Source: Selaginella moellendorffii (Eukaryota; Plantae; Lycopodiophyta). Taken from it: a stretch of DNA of 64,000 nucleotides. The translations under genes and the position numbers were made by a program. Shown here piece after piece: positions 10,787 through 22,119 of the stretch (its first letter is position 1; each line of letters opens with the position of its first letter). A model generated the notes under the pieces. That model saw only the letters and a list, made by a program, of their open reading frames with translations, made no database searches and had not been told where the DNA came from. The DNA lies in the NCBI RefSeq assembly GCF_000143415.4, contig NW_003314294.1, positions 119,402 to 183,401 of the forward strand, given 5' to 3'.

Positions 10787-11920
10787 ATGGGGAAGGGGCC
10801 GGGGATGTTTGGCGATATCGGCAAGCGCACCAAAGGTAGGCTCTGCTCGCTCAGGATTAGGGTTTTGGGTCTAACCTAGTGGCTGCCACTCCAGACCTCC
10901 TGACCAGGGATTTTACAAGTGATCAGAAGTTCACCGTGACATCGTCCACGAGCTCGGGCCTTGTATGGACTTCTCTTTCTTCTTTTTCTCTTCAAGAGCT
11001 AATTAATCCCCTTCTTTTATAGACATTCACATCGTTCGGAAACAAAAAGGGGGAGCAATTTGCTGGGAATGTCAACACCCAGTTCAAGACGAACAACATG
11101 ACTGTGGATGTCAAAGTCGACACGGAGTCCAATGTGAGCTTCCAACTTGGTCTGATCATCGCATTGAGCTAAAGAACTGGTGTTCTAGATTCACGGAGTC
11201 ATCACTGCCGATGAGATTGCGAAGGGTGCTAAGACGGTGTTCACGTTCACCATTCCTGACAATAAGTGTGGCAAGGTACGCAAGCTCTAGAGCTGCTTTA
11301 TGTTTTGTTCCGGCTTGACTTTGGGTTTTCCCAGATCGAATTCCAGTACGTCCATGATCTGTTCGGCTTGGCCACCAGTATTGGCTTGACTTCATCTCCT
11401 GTTGCGGACTTAAGCGCAGCTCTTGGAAATGATGTGGTGGCTGTAGGTGGTGAGCTCTCGTTCGACACGGCCAGCGGGAAGCTCTCGAGATACAGCGGTG
11501 GGATTGGACTGACAAAGCCGGACTACAGTGCTGCCTTGATCACGTAAGCTTCCTTCTCTTTTCGAGCGTTTTGTTTTGTGGGAACTTAACAGGCGATACT
11601 CTTTTGTCTCCAGCGCCGACAAGGGTGACACGCTCAAAGCCTCTTACTGTCACACGGTGAACGCCAACACCAAGACGACCGTCGGTGCGGAGGTCTCGCA
11701 CAGCATTTCGAAGAAGCAAAACACCTTCACCATCGGTGCGTTGTACGTGTTGGATCCTCTCACGGCCGTAAAGGCCAGGCTCAACAACCATGGCCAAGTT
11801 GGGGCTCTCCTGCAACACGAGTGGCGGCCAAAGTCGACGGTCACGCTGTGTGGAGAGGTCGACACAAAAGCGCTAAACAGCAGTCCCAAAATCGGGTTGG
11901 CCGTGGCTCTCAAGCCGTGA
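10787..11920 (+). CDS. VDAC: Mitochondrial outer-membrane porin (VDAC), 6 coding exons plus a 5'UTR intron
   Basis: Starts MGKGPGMFGDIGKRTKDLLTRDF and ends GALLQHEWRPKSTVTLCGEVDTKAL...KIGLAVALKP, the plant VDAC signature. Confidence 0.95.
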
Positions 11921-12191
11921 GGAGGATCAAACTCAAGAGAGAGCTCGCGACGAATCGATCGAGCGGGTTAGCGACTATGGCGATGGTCTCTTGGTTTGGA
12001 AGGAAGTTTGCGGAAGAAAGGATTTGGAGGATGGGGGAGTTTTGATAAGATTGTTGCTGCAACAACATTGTCGTATACCGTGTTTTTCATGTGTAGTATA
12101 GAAACATTCTTTTCTATATGATCTTTACGAAGGAGACTTGACAGAATATGCTCTTAACGAGAAAGAATATCTCCTAGCTGAATATTCTCGT

Positions 12192-12227
12192 AAGAACCCT
12201 AAAAAGTTTTTGGAGTTTAGGGTTCTT
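12192..12227. promoter_or_regulatory. Inverted pair of telo-box-like motifs upstream of the CCT8 start codon
   Basis: AAGAACCCTAAA-12 nt-TTTAGGGTTCTT forms a perfect 12-bp inverted repeat ending 13 bp before the ATG. Confidence 0.55.
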
Positions 12228-12240
12228 GCTTCTTGCAGCT

Positions 12241-14481
12241 ATGGCGCTGATGCAGCCGTCGTATGGGATCCAGTCCATGCTCAAGGATGGCCACCGCATC
12301 TTCTCCGGCCTCGAGGAAGCGGTGCTCAAGAATGTGGATGCCTGCAAGCAGCTGTCGCAGATCACTCGGACGTCCCTCGGCCCCAACGGTGAGTGAATCG
12401 AGCTCTTTGTTTGCGCTTGAGTGTGAGATTCCTGGCTCAGGCATGAACAAGATGGTGATCAATCACCTGGACAAGCTGTTTGTGACGAATGACGCCGGGA
12501 CCATCATCGGTGAGCTAGAAGTCCAGCATCCCGCGGCGAGGCTGCTGGTCCTCGCGAGCAAAGCGCAGCAGGAGGAGATCGGAGACGGCGCTAATCTGGT
12601 GGTGACATTTGCGGGAGAGATCTTGCAAGGCGCCGAGGAGCTCATTCGCATTGGCTTGCATCCCAGTGAGATCGTTGGAGGCTACACGAAAGCCAGCCAG
12701 AAGGTAAGTTCTCACTTCTTATTTAGTCCTTAGAGATTGAGATGAAGCTCTTCCTTGTTTCTGTCATCTAGGCACTGGAGATCATCGAACAGCTTGCCGA
12801 TCCTGGGTCGGAGACTATGGACTGTCGCAACAAAGAGCAAGTTGTTTTGAGGATGAAAGCCGCTGTTGCCAGTAAACAGTATGGCCAGGAGGATTTTCTG
12901 TGTCCTCTTATTGCTGAGGTTAGTCTCGGGTTGAAAGAGTTCTTTTATGAACTGATGGAAAAAAAAAATTTTTTTTTTTCAGGCTTGCATTCAGGTTTGC
13001 CCCAGGAATCCAGAAAATTTCAATGTCGATAATGTTCGAGTTGCGAAGCTGCTTGGCGGTGGTCTTCGGGATTCTTGTGTCGTAAGGGGCATGGTGTTGA
13101 AGGTCGAGCCTCTTGGGACTGTGAAAAGTGCGACCAAAGCGAAGGTCTGGACGCTTTTTTTATTTATCCGCCCTCAGTTTCCTTTATGTTCTAGATTGCT
13201 GTTTTTGGAGGGGGTGTCGACACTTCAGCTACGGAAACCAAAGGAACAGTTCTCATTCATTCCGCTGAGCAGCTTGAGAACTACGCCAAGGGCGAAGAAG
13301 CCAAGATCGAAGAGCTCATTAAAAGTGTAGCAGAGTCTGGTGCTAAAGTTATTGTTAGCGGTGGTGCTGTCGGTGAAATGGCGCAGCACTTTTGTGATCG
13401 ATACGGGTAAGCACGATCTGTGATGATATTATATGTCTCACTTTTATTTTCTGGCAGCCTTATGGTTATAAAAATCAGCTCCAAGTTTGAGTTGCGACGG
13501 TTCTGTAGGACTACTGGTTCCGTGTCGCTGGTACGAGTTTGCAGGTATTTCTTTGACGCACTGAATTTCCCTTTATGCAGGTGAAGCTGTCGAGGCCAAG
13601 ATTTGACGAACTGGGTTACGTCGATAATATAACATCTGAAGAAATTGGTGGCGCGAGAGTAAGATTTGATCTTTGTATTATTTTCCGGTTTCAAATTTAT
13701 CTCCGTTCGTCCAGGTGGTCGTTGTGAGGAGTGAATCGGGCGGAAATTCGATTTCAACTCTCGTAATTCGAGGAAGCACCGACAGTGTTTTGGACGACGT
13801 AGAGCGTGCAGTTGACGATGGCGTGAATTGCTACAAGGTTTAAAGCTTTGCTTTTCCTTTTCCTATGAAACTGTTTTTCTTTTTGTTGTGTAGGCTATGT
13901 GCAAGGATAGCCGTACAGTTCCTGGTGCGGGTGCAACGGAGATTGAGTTAGCCAAACAGTTAAACGACATTGCTTCCAAGGAGACAGGGTACTGTGTAGC
14001 GTTGTGCTGACATTTCCTATCTAACTTTCTTCTTTGCAGCTTGGACCAGTACGCGATAAGAAAGTTTGCTCAGAGCTTCGAAGTTGTGCCTCGAACTCTG
14101 GCTGAAAATGCGGGTCTAAACTCTACTGATGTGATCTCGGCTCTCTACGCTGCGCATGCGGGTGGAAATCCCAAGATAGGCGTCGATATTGAGCAGGGAT
14201 TGTCTGCGCCAGTGGAGACGAGGGATCTGCTTGTAACAAAGTAAGTTCGTTCGAGGCTTAGTAGGACCTTGCTGACATTTGAAACTTGTGTCAAGGTACT
14301 GGGCGATTAAGTTGGCGTCGAGAGCCGCCACTACCGTGCTCAAGATAGATCAGGTAAACATTTCCTCTTTCTTTTTAGTACGCTTTGTTGTTGACGCTAT
14401 GTCTTTTGGTAGATTATCATGGCCAAACCGGCGGGAGGCCCGAAAAAGAATCCCGGAGCAGATGGTGGTGACGAAGACTAG
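12241..14481 (+). CDS. CCT8: T-complex protein 1 subunit theta
   Basis: YGIQSMLKDGHRIFSGLEEAVLKN...TSLGPNGMNKMVINHLDKLFVTNDA...EIGDGAN; the C-terminus reads QIIMAKPAGGP. Confidence 0.96.
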
Positions 14482-14889
14482 GTAGATTTGCTAACAGTAA
14501 GCTGTATCTTTGTAGCGTGTGCTGCATTTTGGGCAGGATTTTTAGTAGAGAGGCTCGCGAAGAGCAGCTGACGAGAAAAGTGCACAGTTTTGGATAGTAA
14601 GCTTTCTTTGAATAGACAAAAAGGGATGTCTGCGTAGGATTGCGGCATAAAGTATTTAACCAGCTTGCGATCCAATACAGCATAACCACAATCCATTATT
14701 TCATCATTTCCTATGATTGATCGCTTTTGATTCAAACTCAAAGTTCTCGCATTAAAATCTTAGCGTTTTAACGAAAAGTGGTTTTGTACATGGACAGCAA
14801 ACCAGGGCTCTTGGTTTGCTCCTTCTAGATGATTGAAACAAAAGACTTTTATCTTTTCCATCTTTTATTTTAGGGGAAACACATGCTTC

Positions 14890-16730
14890 TAGATTGGCGA
14901 GCCTGATGCGCTTCTGCGTCATTTAAGCTGCTGTGCCAAAACACGCCTAACTTGCTCGTGTTCTTGGGGTCAAAGTTGCTGGCGTTAATGTCCAGATAGT
15001 TCTTATTGAAAGTTTGGATGGACTTGAAATATGCTTGGATTCTAGCATCTGGCTTTTAATTTCTTTTTTATCTCTAATTTTTTTCATTATTTTTATATGC
15101 TGGAATATTTGGCGGTGATGGTTATTGAATATTACTGTTGCATCATATAGTATTAACGTAATTATTTTGAATAAAAATAAAAAAGACAGATAAATAAAAA
15201 ACTATGAACAAAAATTTGCTCATATCAAAACCCATGATCATAGTCATTAGACTTTTCGTTCGCAAAACCGTGACAGCCAAAGAGGAAAAAACAGTTAAAG
15301 TCTCTCTTGGCTCAAGATCAAAACCGGAGTGCACGAAAGCAAATCTCAAAACATTCTACGTAGCGGATCTTCATAAATCTTTAGGAAAGGAATCTTGCAA
15401 CCCAAATGCAAAGTCTCTGATCAAAATGACATGAGAATGTCGACAAACTCAAACGAATTGGATGGATGCTTACAACGAGAGAGTTTTCTTGTACCTTGCA
15501 GAAGTGATAACTTCGTTTTGGAGAGAACAGGAGATTCTTGTCATTTGTGTCAAGACCTCACACCAAACTTAGTAATGAGTGCTCAAGTACACAAAGAAGA
15601 AGAGAGGAAAGGAGATTCTCTTCATTTGCATCAAGAGCTATGGCCGCACCGCAAGGTAATGCAGCACGTCGGTATTGGCTGATATCACAGCGATGTCAAA
15701 ACCGCCATAAGGACAAAGCAGGCTCAAGAAATAGATCCCCACCTGCACAAACGAGTACATGCGGCTTGTACTCTGCGATCGCTGCGTCCACAGCTATCAG
15801 ATGCAATGCTTTTCTTAGGGAAAGGAAAAAAACAAGGTTGGGAAACGCAGTGTCCGAGAGGAGTTTTTATGCCTCTTCGGAGACACCAGATAAGATTGGC
15901 ACGATACAGAGAAGATTAGCATGGCCCTGCGCAAGGATGACACGCACAAATCGAGAAATGGTCCACTATATAATCCTTTTGTGTACCTAGCTGCTCAAAC
16001 GCGCCCCGGAGCTCGCCCGGGATTTCACTGCCTGGATTGTGCACTTCTCCTCCACCTTGTGCTGCTTCTTGTGCTGGTTGCTCCAACTCCAGCACTGCAG
16101 TTTGGATTCTACCACCCCCACCATTAATCACACCTCGGGTTTGGAGCTACCACTGCTTGTGCCATGGGCTCAGGTGCTGGAGGATTTGCCACAGCCGGTC
16201 ATGCACCATCTCTAGCACCACCAGCATTTGGTGCATCCAAACCACCTCTAACACCACCAGGCTGAGGTCTTACACCATTGCATCTCCAATACCACCAGTA
16301 TTTGGTGCATCCAAACCATCTCTAACACCACCAAGCTGAGGTCTGACACCATTGGCCACAAGAACATCTCCAATACCACCAGCATTTGGCGCATCCACAG
16401 GCCCATCCATGAGCTCAAGTTTGGGACTCAAGTTTTACACCATTCTAGAGTTGCCTTGTTTTCTCCCAAAAGCTGGGCCGCTGCAATCATGATGATGATC
16501 CCTACCTACCGGTGCAGGTGCAGGTGCAGGTGCCGGAGTTCCTTGTGCTTCTGCTGCTGCTTCGGTTCCGATCTCAGATTCAGTAGGCGGCTCGTGGAAG
16601 CGTTTGTTGCATCCGCACGCCAGTCGCCGTCCAAGTACCTCATGCATCCGTCCTTCAAGGGCTGCGCCAGGACGAAATCGTCCGTCCCCACGGCATCGAA
16701 CAGCCCTGTGTTCTGTTGCATGCGCCCCAC
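14890..16730 (-). pseudogene. Degenerate or lineage-specific multi-exon gene-like region, unidentified
   Basis: Several open exon-like stretches with GT/AG borders on the minus strand (e.g. 14890-15035 AYFKSIQTFNKNYLDIN...) and a Gly-rich repeat segment. Frames are broken and no family was recognised. Confidence 0.3.
16205..16400. repeat. Imperfect tandem repeat, ~75-85 bp unit
   Basis: CACCAG(C/T)ATTTGG(T/C)GCATCCA recurs three times, with shared CTCTAACACCACCA-GCTGAGGTCT spacers. Confidence 0.75.
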
Positions 16731-17185
16731 ACCTTCGTTACAAGTTTCACTTGATTAATCAACATTGTTCTACGTTAAATACTAATAAAGGTTGGTCTTA
16801 CTCAACTATAAAATAATCCCATGTAAAAATCACTCTACGTGACGTGGTAAAGTGTTAAGACATTCTTGTCTCTAACTTTTCGATCTAGAACAACGCGGAT
16901 TCAAGTTTGAATGGAAGTGTGCTATAAATTTTTTGGAACCGTTGTTTTTCCGAGATTGACGGCTTTGTCCGCCACGTTTGCTTTCAAAGTCACGCCAGGA
17001 AAATATGACTCACTCGCAAATAAATACTTTACCAGTTTGTTTAGAGGTTTGCTGAGAGAACGACGCTCCTTCCATCGCTCTTTCCAGTCTTCTCCCCCAA
17101 TTCCCCGATCTGTTCTCGAGGATCTCTCCTCTTCGCTAGAACGCCTCGATCTTCTTCGCTGCAACGCTTCCTCCGTCTTCTCAGG

Positions 17186-17725
17186 ATGAAGACGATCATC
17201 GCCATGGCGCTGCTGGGTCTGTTCTTGAGCTTGGCAGCAGCACAAGCGCCGCAGGACTGCACCGCTCTTGCTACTCGTCTCGCAAGCTGCCTCTCCTTCC
17301 TCCAGGGCCAGGCCCCCGCCCCGGATGCCCTTTGCTGCTCCAACTTGGTAGCCATCAACAACATCAACGCTTCGTGCCTGTGCAGCTTCGCCTCCATGAC
17401 CGGCTCGGCTTCCGGCCTCAACATCAACACCACCCGAGCGCTCGAGCTTCCGTCTCGCTGTAACATCCCAAACGTCACCTGCGAAGGCACTACGAGTAAG
17501 TCTGGCTGACCCCGATGCTTGCCTCTGTGTCCCTGTCTAATGTTTCTTGCTTTCCTGTTCCATCCAGTTCCAGCTCCAGGTCCTACTGGTGAGAATGCCC
17601 CTGCCCCGGAATCCGGTGCCAATCCACCACCCGGTAGCTCCGCAGCAAAATCTCTATCGTCGTCGTCTTGGCTCGTGCTTGGAGCTGCCATCGTCGGGTA
17701 CCTCTCTCTAGCCTCGCTTCAGTGA
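17186..17725 (+). CDS. GPI-anchored non-specific lipid transfer protein (LTPG), 2 exons
   Basis: Signal peptide, 8-Cys motif (C..C..CC..CLC..C..C), Pro/Ala-rich linker and a hydrophobic C-terminal GPI signal. Intron near 17496-17567. Confidence 0.92.
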
Positions 17726-17888
17726 GTGAGAAGTTTTGCGGTTTCTCCTCGGTAGCTTATCGTGTGACCCATTTGTTGTGAAATAAAATCTTTCTGCATT
17801 TTTTTTTTCCCTTGTGTGAACTCCGACTACCTGTGTAAGTCGCAATATCAAGAGGAGAAAAGGCGGAGGAAAAGGACTTGTCACTTAC

Positions 17889-19070
17889 TTACAAGCGAGT
17901 GCAAGTAAGATCGAAGTCATCCGGCGCGACTTGGAGTATCCAGGAGCTCAACTTGCGCTTGGATTCGTTGCTGTTGATGGCGGCGAGCTCGTACATGCTA
18001 CACAGGTTGAGCACCAGCGTCTCGTTGAGCGCCGCCTCGGTGTGCTTCTGGAGCACGTCTTCCAGCACCTGCGTCGCCCGGATCAAGTCCCTCGAGTACA
18101 TGAGGCACAGCGCCTTGTTGTTGGCAGCCAAAGCATCCCCGGGAGAGATCTCGAGCACCTCGTTGTAAGCTTTCACCGCTGCCGCGTACTGCTTCTCCAC
18201 AAAAGCCACCAGTCCCTTGTTCCTTCCCACAAGGCACAGAAGCGAGCTATCGACCTCGCCACCCTTTGCACGCTCGTCCACCAGAGCTTCCACCTTTGCG
18301 AAAGTGAGCTTGGCACCATCCACGTCCCCGAGCTGGAGCTGGACGTGCGCAAACTTGGACCAGAGCTCGACGTTCTCTGGATCTCGGGCCAGTGTCTCGT
18401 TCACAAAACGTAGAGCAACGATGTAATCCTTCTGCCCGAGATGGAGATTGATGATCGCAAAGTTGACGATCTCTTTGCGTCGCTTCCACCTCCTGGCCAG
18501 AGCGTTGCTTCGCTGCTCCTCGTCTAGAACACCACCGTCTAGCCGGAACGACGAGAAGATCTCATCGATCTCCTCGCTTTTTCCATCCGCGGCCAAGGCT
18601 TTCTCCTCCTTCTGTGAGCAGTAGTCGAGCAAGCTATACATGCGTTCCATGCTCGTCGAGGCCTGTCCAATCCGGTATGGAATCGCTGCGTGGAGCCACC
18701 GGAGGCTAAACGGGACCATCGAGCCGGAGATCCCTGGATAGACGTTTGGATGATCTTCGTAGAAGAAGCTCGCGTTCTGCAAATCCCCGAGAGCCGCCAG
18801 CTCCTCGGCCGCGCCAGTGTAGTTCCCGAGCTTGGCCAGAGCCAAAATATGATACGTCGTGTGGATCATCCTCTCCTCGGGGCTAAACACCGCCGCGATC
18901 TTGCGGGCTTCCTTGACATTCTCCAGCAGCAAGCGCCACGATCCCTTCCTGGCCTGCTCCTGCATGTTCCTGGTGTCGAATCTGGGAGCATTCTTCTTCT
19001 TAACCGAGGCGGTGCGATTCAGATCCACGGCGGCATTGCTCCTGTCGCCGACGCTATCATCTATCCCCAT
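17889..19070 (-). CDS. TRAPPC12: Trafficking protein particle complex subunit 12 (TPR protein), intronless
   Basis: GSMVPFSLRWLHA, TPR repeats, NNKALCLMY and a C-terminal VLNLCSMYEL...PDDFDLTCTRL. Confidence 0.85.
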   Translation of the reverse strand: MGIDDSVGDRSNAAVDLNRTASVKKKNAPRFDTRNMQEQARKGSWRLLLENVKEARKIAAVFSPEERMIHTTYHILALAKLGNYTGAAEELAALGDLQNASFFYEDHPNVYPGISGSMVPFSLRWLHAAIPYRIGQASTSMERMYSLLDYCSQKEEKALAADGKSEEIDEIFSSFRLDGGVLDEEQRSNALARRWKRRKEIVNFAIINLHLGQKDYIVALRFVNETLARDPENVELWSKFAHVQLQLGDVDGAKLTFAKVEALVDERAKGGEVDSSLLCLVGRNKGLVAFVEKQYAAAVKAYNEVLEISPGDALAANNKALCLMYSRDLIRATQVLEDVLQKHTEAALNETLVLNLCSMYELAAINSNESKRKLSSWILQVAPDDFDLTCTRL

Positions 19071-19408
19071 CGATCGATCCTGGATCTATAGCATACCTCG
19101 ACGCGCGCTCGCTCGCTCGCTCGCCATAAACCCTAAATTTCGAGCAATCACAAGGGCGGCATCCAACGGCCCAGATCTCCTTGGTCATGGCGCCACGTGT
19201 CTCTATTTCCGTTGCGGCCTTCTATCTTTAGACCGTCGGATTGGCGTCGCCTTGTGGAAAGTGTGCGTGCTGGTCTTGTGGGACGGAGAAACGTGTTGTG
19301 TGATCGCGTGGAGGATTTTAGGGCATTATAGGGCGAAGAGATCGCGCGCGTGTCTAGCAGCTAGGCAGGGGATTTCGGGCGAGCGAGCGATCGATCGAAG
19401 CTGCGATC

Positions 19409-20753
19409 ATGGCGCTGGATTTCAAGGCTCTGACGGAGGCGACGTCGGGAGCTGTGGGCGGGCTTCTCAGCACAACGATCTTGTATCCACTCGACACTTG
19501 TAAGACGAAGTATCAAGCCGAGGTCCGGGAGGGAGATTCTCGCAAATACGGGTGAGTTCCTCGCTTTTTCCTGTCTAGGATCACGATCGCATTGCTATGA
19601 TCGTTTGCATTGCATCATTCCTAGGATGATTCTTGTCGTTTTTGTTTGGAGCAATTTTTTTTGCACGTTATTCCATCCCATTGGTACTGATATCTTTTTC
19701 TTTGCGAAATTCCCAGGTCTTTACTCGATGTTATGCGCGAGGCTATTGCATCGAATCGGATACTGTCTCTGTATCAGGGCCTGGGTACAAAGAATCTCCA
19801 GTCAGTGATTTCGCAATTCATTTATTTTTATGCCTACAGCTACTTCAAGCAGCTCTACTTGAGACGTAGCAAGGCAAAGTATCTCGGCACTACGGCCAAT
19901 CTTCTGGTCGCAGCAGCTGCTGGCACCTGTACTGCGATCGCCATACAGGTGTGAGTTTGCTCTCTTCTTTTTGAAAGTTTTGATGATCGTGCTTGCTGAG
20001 CTGATAAGTCTCTTTCACTAGCCACTAGACTCGGCGTCAGCCAAAATGCAAACCAGCACTTTCGGCAAGTCGAAGAGTTTGTGGAAGACTTTGACTGGTG
20101 GCAATTGGAAGGATGCCTTCGATGGATTAAGTGCTTCGCTCGTACTTGTCTCAAATCCTGCCATACAGGTTTGCAAGGTTTTACACAGTCGCGTTGTCGC
20201 CAACAGTTCTGTTGCGTGCAGTATACGGTGTTTGAGCAGCTGAAAGGACTACTGGTGAAGCGGCACAGAAAGTCCCGAGCAGAGAATTCGGATTCGTCTC
20301 CGCTTGTTATCTCGGCTTTCTCTGCGTTCCTACTCGGTGCGTTGTCAAAAACAGCGGCAACGATTATCACGTATCCTGCGATAAGGTTTGATTAGCTTTT
20401 GCTTTGAAGCTTGACAGTTAAAACTTAACACTTGTATCTACAGGTGTAAGATCATGGTTCAGGCAGCTGAAAACGACACGGACGCAGTCAAAGCTCTTTT
20501 AAACGGTGGTGAGGCTCCAGAAAAGCCTCCCCGTGGAATGGCACAGGCGTGCCGTCTCATCTGGAAACGCGAAGGAGCTTTGGGCTTCTACAAAGGATTG
20601 CATGCGCAGATAATGAAGACCGTTCTCGCGGCAGCACTGATGCTGATGATCAAGGAGAAGGTTTCGTATGGAACTTGGGCGGCGATGATGCTGCTTCAAA
20701 ACAGATGGGCTGTACAGAAGCAAAAGATAAAGACGCTTGCTACAACGTCCTAG
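19409..20753 (+). CDS. PNC1: Peroxisomal adenine nucleotide carrier (mitochondrial carrier family), 5 exons
   Basis: [61 protein letters not shown] and [15 protein letters not shown]. Confidence 0.9.
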
Positions 20754-20929
20754 TGGCTCGAATAACGGGGAGGCGGCTGCAACAGTCGAGGTATATCTCT
20801 CGTACCATTTTCTTTCTCGCAATTCAAGAAGGCTGCCAAAGCCATTTAATGCAATTCAATGCGTTTGTTTCGAGGCCTACAGACAGCACAGCACAGGGAA
20901 AAATGGAAAGCGAACTTGAATCGTTTTGT

Positions 20930-21680
20930 ATTCATAAGGAAAGCGAGGTCCCTCTCAGGATCATCTACCAATGAAGCAAAGAAAAGAGCCATGCCGAGCA
21001 GATGGAAGAAACGGGATCTCGATCAATTGGAGCCTCTTGGTGGTGGTGGTGGTGGTGGTGGTGGGCTTCTCCTCGCTCTCCTCGTCGGCCTCGCTGCTAG
21101 AGTACTGATCTGAACAACACCATTTAGAAGCTGGAAACATCAGTGTCGAGGCAAGTTCTTTAAAACCTTTGAGAACTTACTCTTGCTTGATCAGAAGAAG
21201 GCAGAGTCTCCGGCGCGCCTTGATCCACAGGGACAAGCTCCTGATTTTCTGAAACGCCTTCCACGACCGAAACCACGACGCTGTCGTCGGATTTATCCAC
21301 TGGTAGCTCGGAGGTGGAAGCAGCGCATTTCCTGTGATCCGACTCACTCATCTTATCGTCGTATCGCTCGACCGCGTTCACTAGCATACACGCCGGCGGA
21401 TTCTTTAGCTTGGACGAGCTCCTGGCGACGAGACCTCTGTTGAGGCGAGCTCCCCACGATTCCAGAAACCAGGCCGAGGAGATCCTGATAAACTTTCGGA
21501 GCTCACACATATTGAAGATACAAAGGAGTGGACTTTCTCGAACGCGGAGGTGAGAGCTCGTGACAATGGACTCGCCAAGTCGCGAAATTTTGCGAGAGAC
21601 TCGGTCGAAGATAGCGGGAAGTTTATGGTTGAAATTAAAAGGCTGTGCCCGTCTGGGTCTCTGATGATGTGAGAGTCCAC
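20930..21680 (-). CDS. Possible small lineage-specific gene or pseudogene, 2 exons, (CCA)8 poly-Thr tract
   Basis: A 116-aa ORF at 21160-21510 has a donor near 21180 and an acceptor near 21111 leading to DQYSSSEADEESEEKPTTTTTTTT. No homologue was recognised. Confidence 0.35.
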
Positions 21681-21950
21681 TCGCAGAGAGTCTACCTACA
21701 AGTATCTTTTTTTACGTAGGTGTCACTAAGCAAGGTCTTTGATCCAAGTCAAGACTGTTTAGAAGAGGATCATTGTGGAAATTGCTTTCTTTCTGTCTCC
21801 GGACCCAAGACAAACTTCTAGTCCATTGAGGTGTGCATAGCAATCAAATAGAATTAACATTGATTAAAGGTTTTAGTGGCTTTCAAGCGTTAATCCTTTG
21901 TTAAACATCCAGATGAATATTTCTAGCTATTGAGGTTGATGAGTTGTGAG
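21215..21950. repeat. Copy 1 of a local segmental duplication (segments A 21215-21630 and B 21640-21950)
   Basis: A matches 24880-25270 in inverted orientation; B matches 25274-25520 in direct orientation. Confidence 0.85.
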
Positions 21951-22119
21951 GCTCCAAGCTCGCAGATTTACTGTAGACATCCTAGAAGTAACAACAACAC
22001 TGTAAAGAAATATGTAAATAGGTATAATCTAATCTATAACCTATGTCGTGTTTTGCATGTTTCCATGGACTAGAGGTTGGAGACCTGTCTTACTTATCCA
22101 TTTGATTGGCTTTAAGAAT

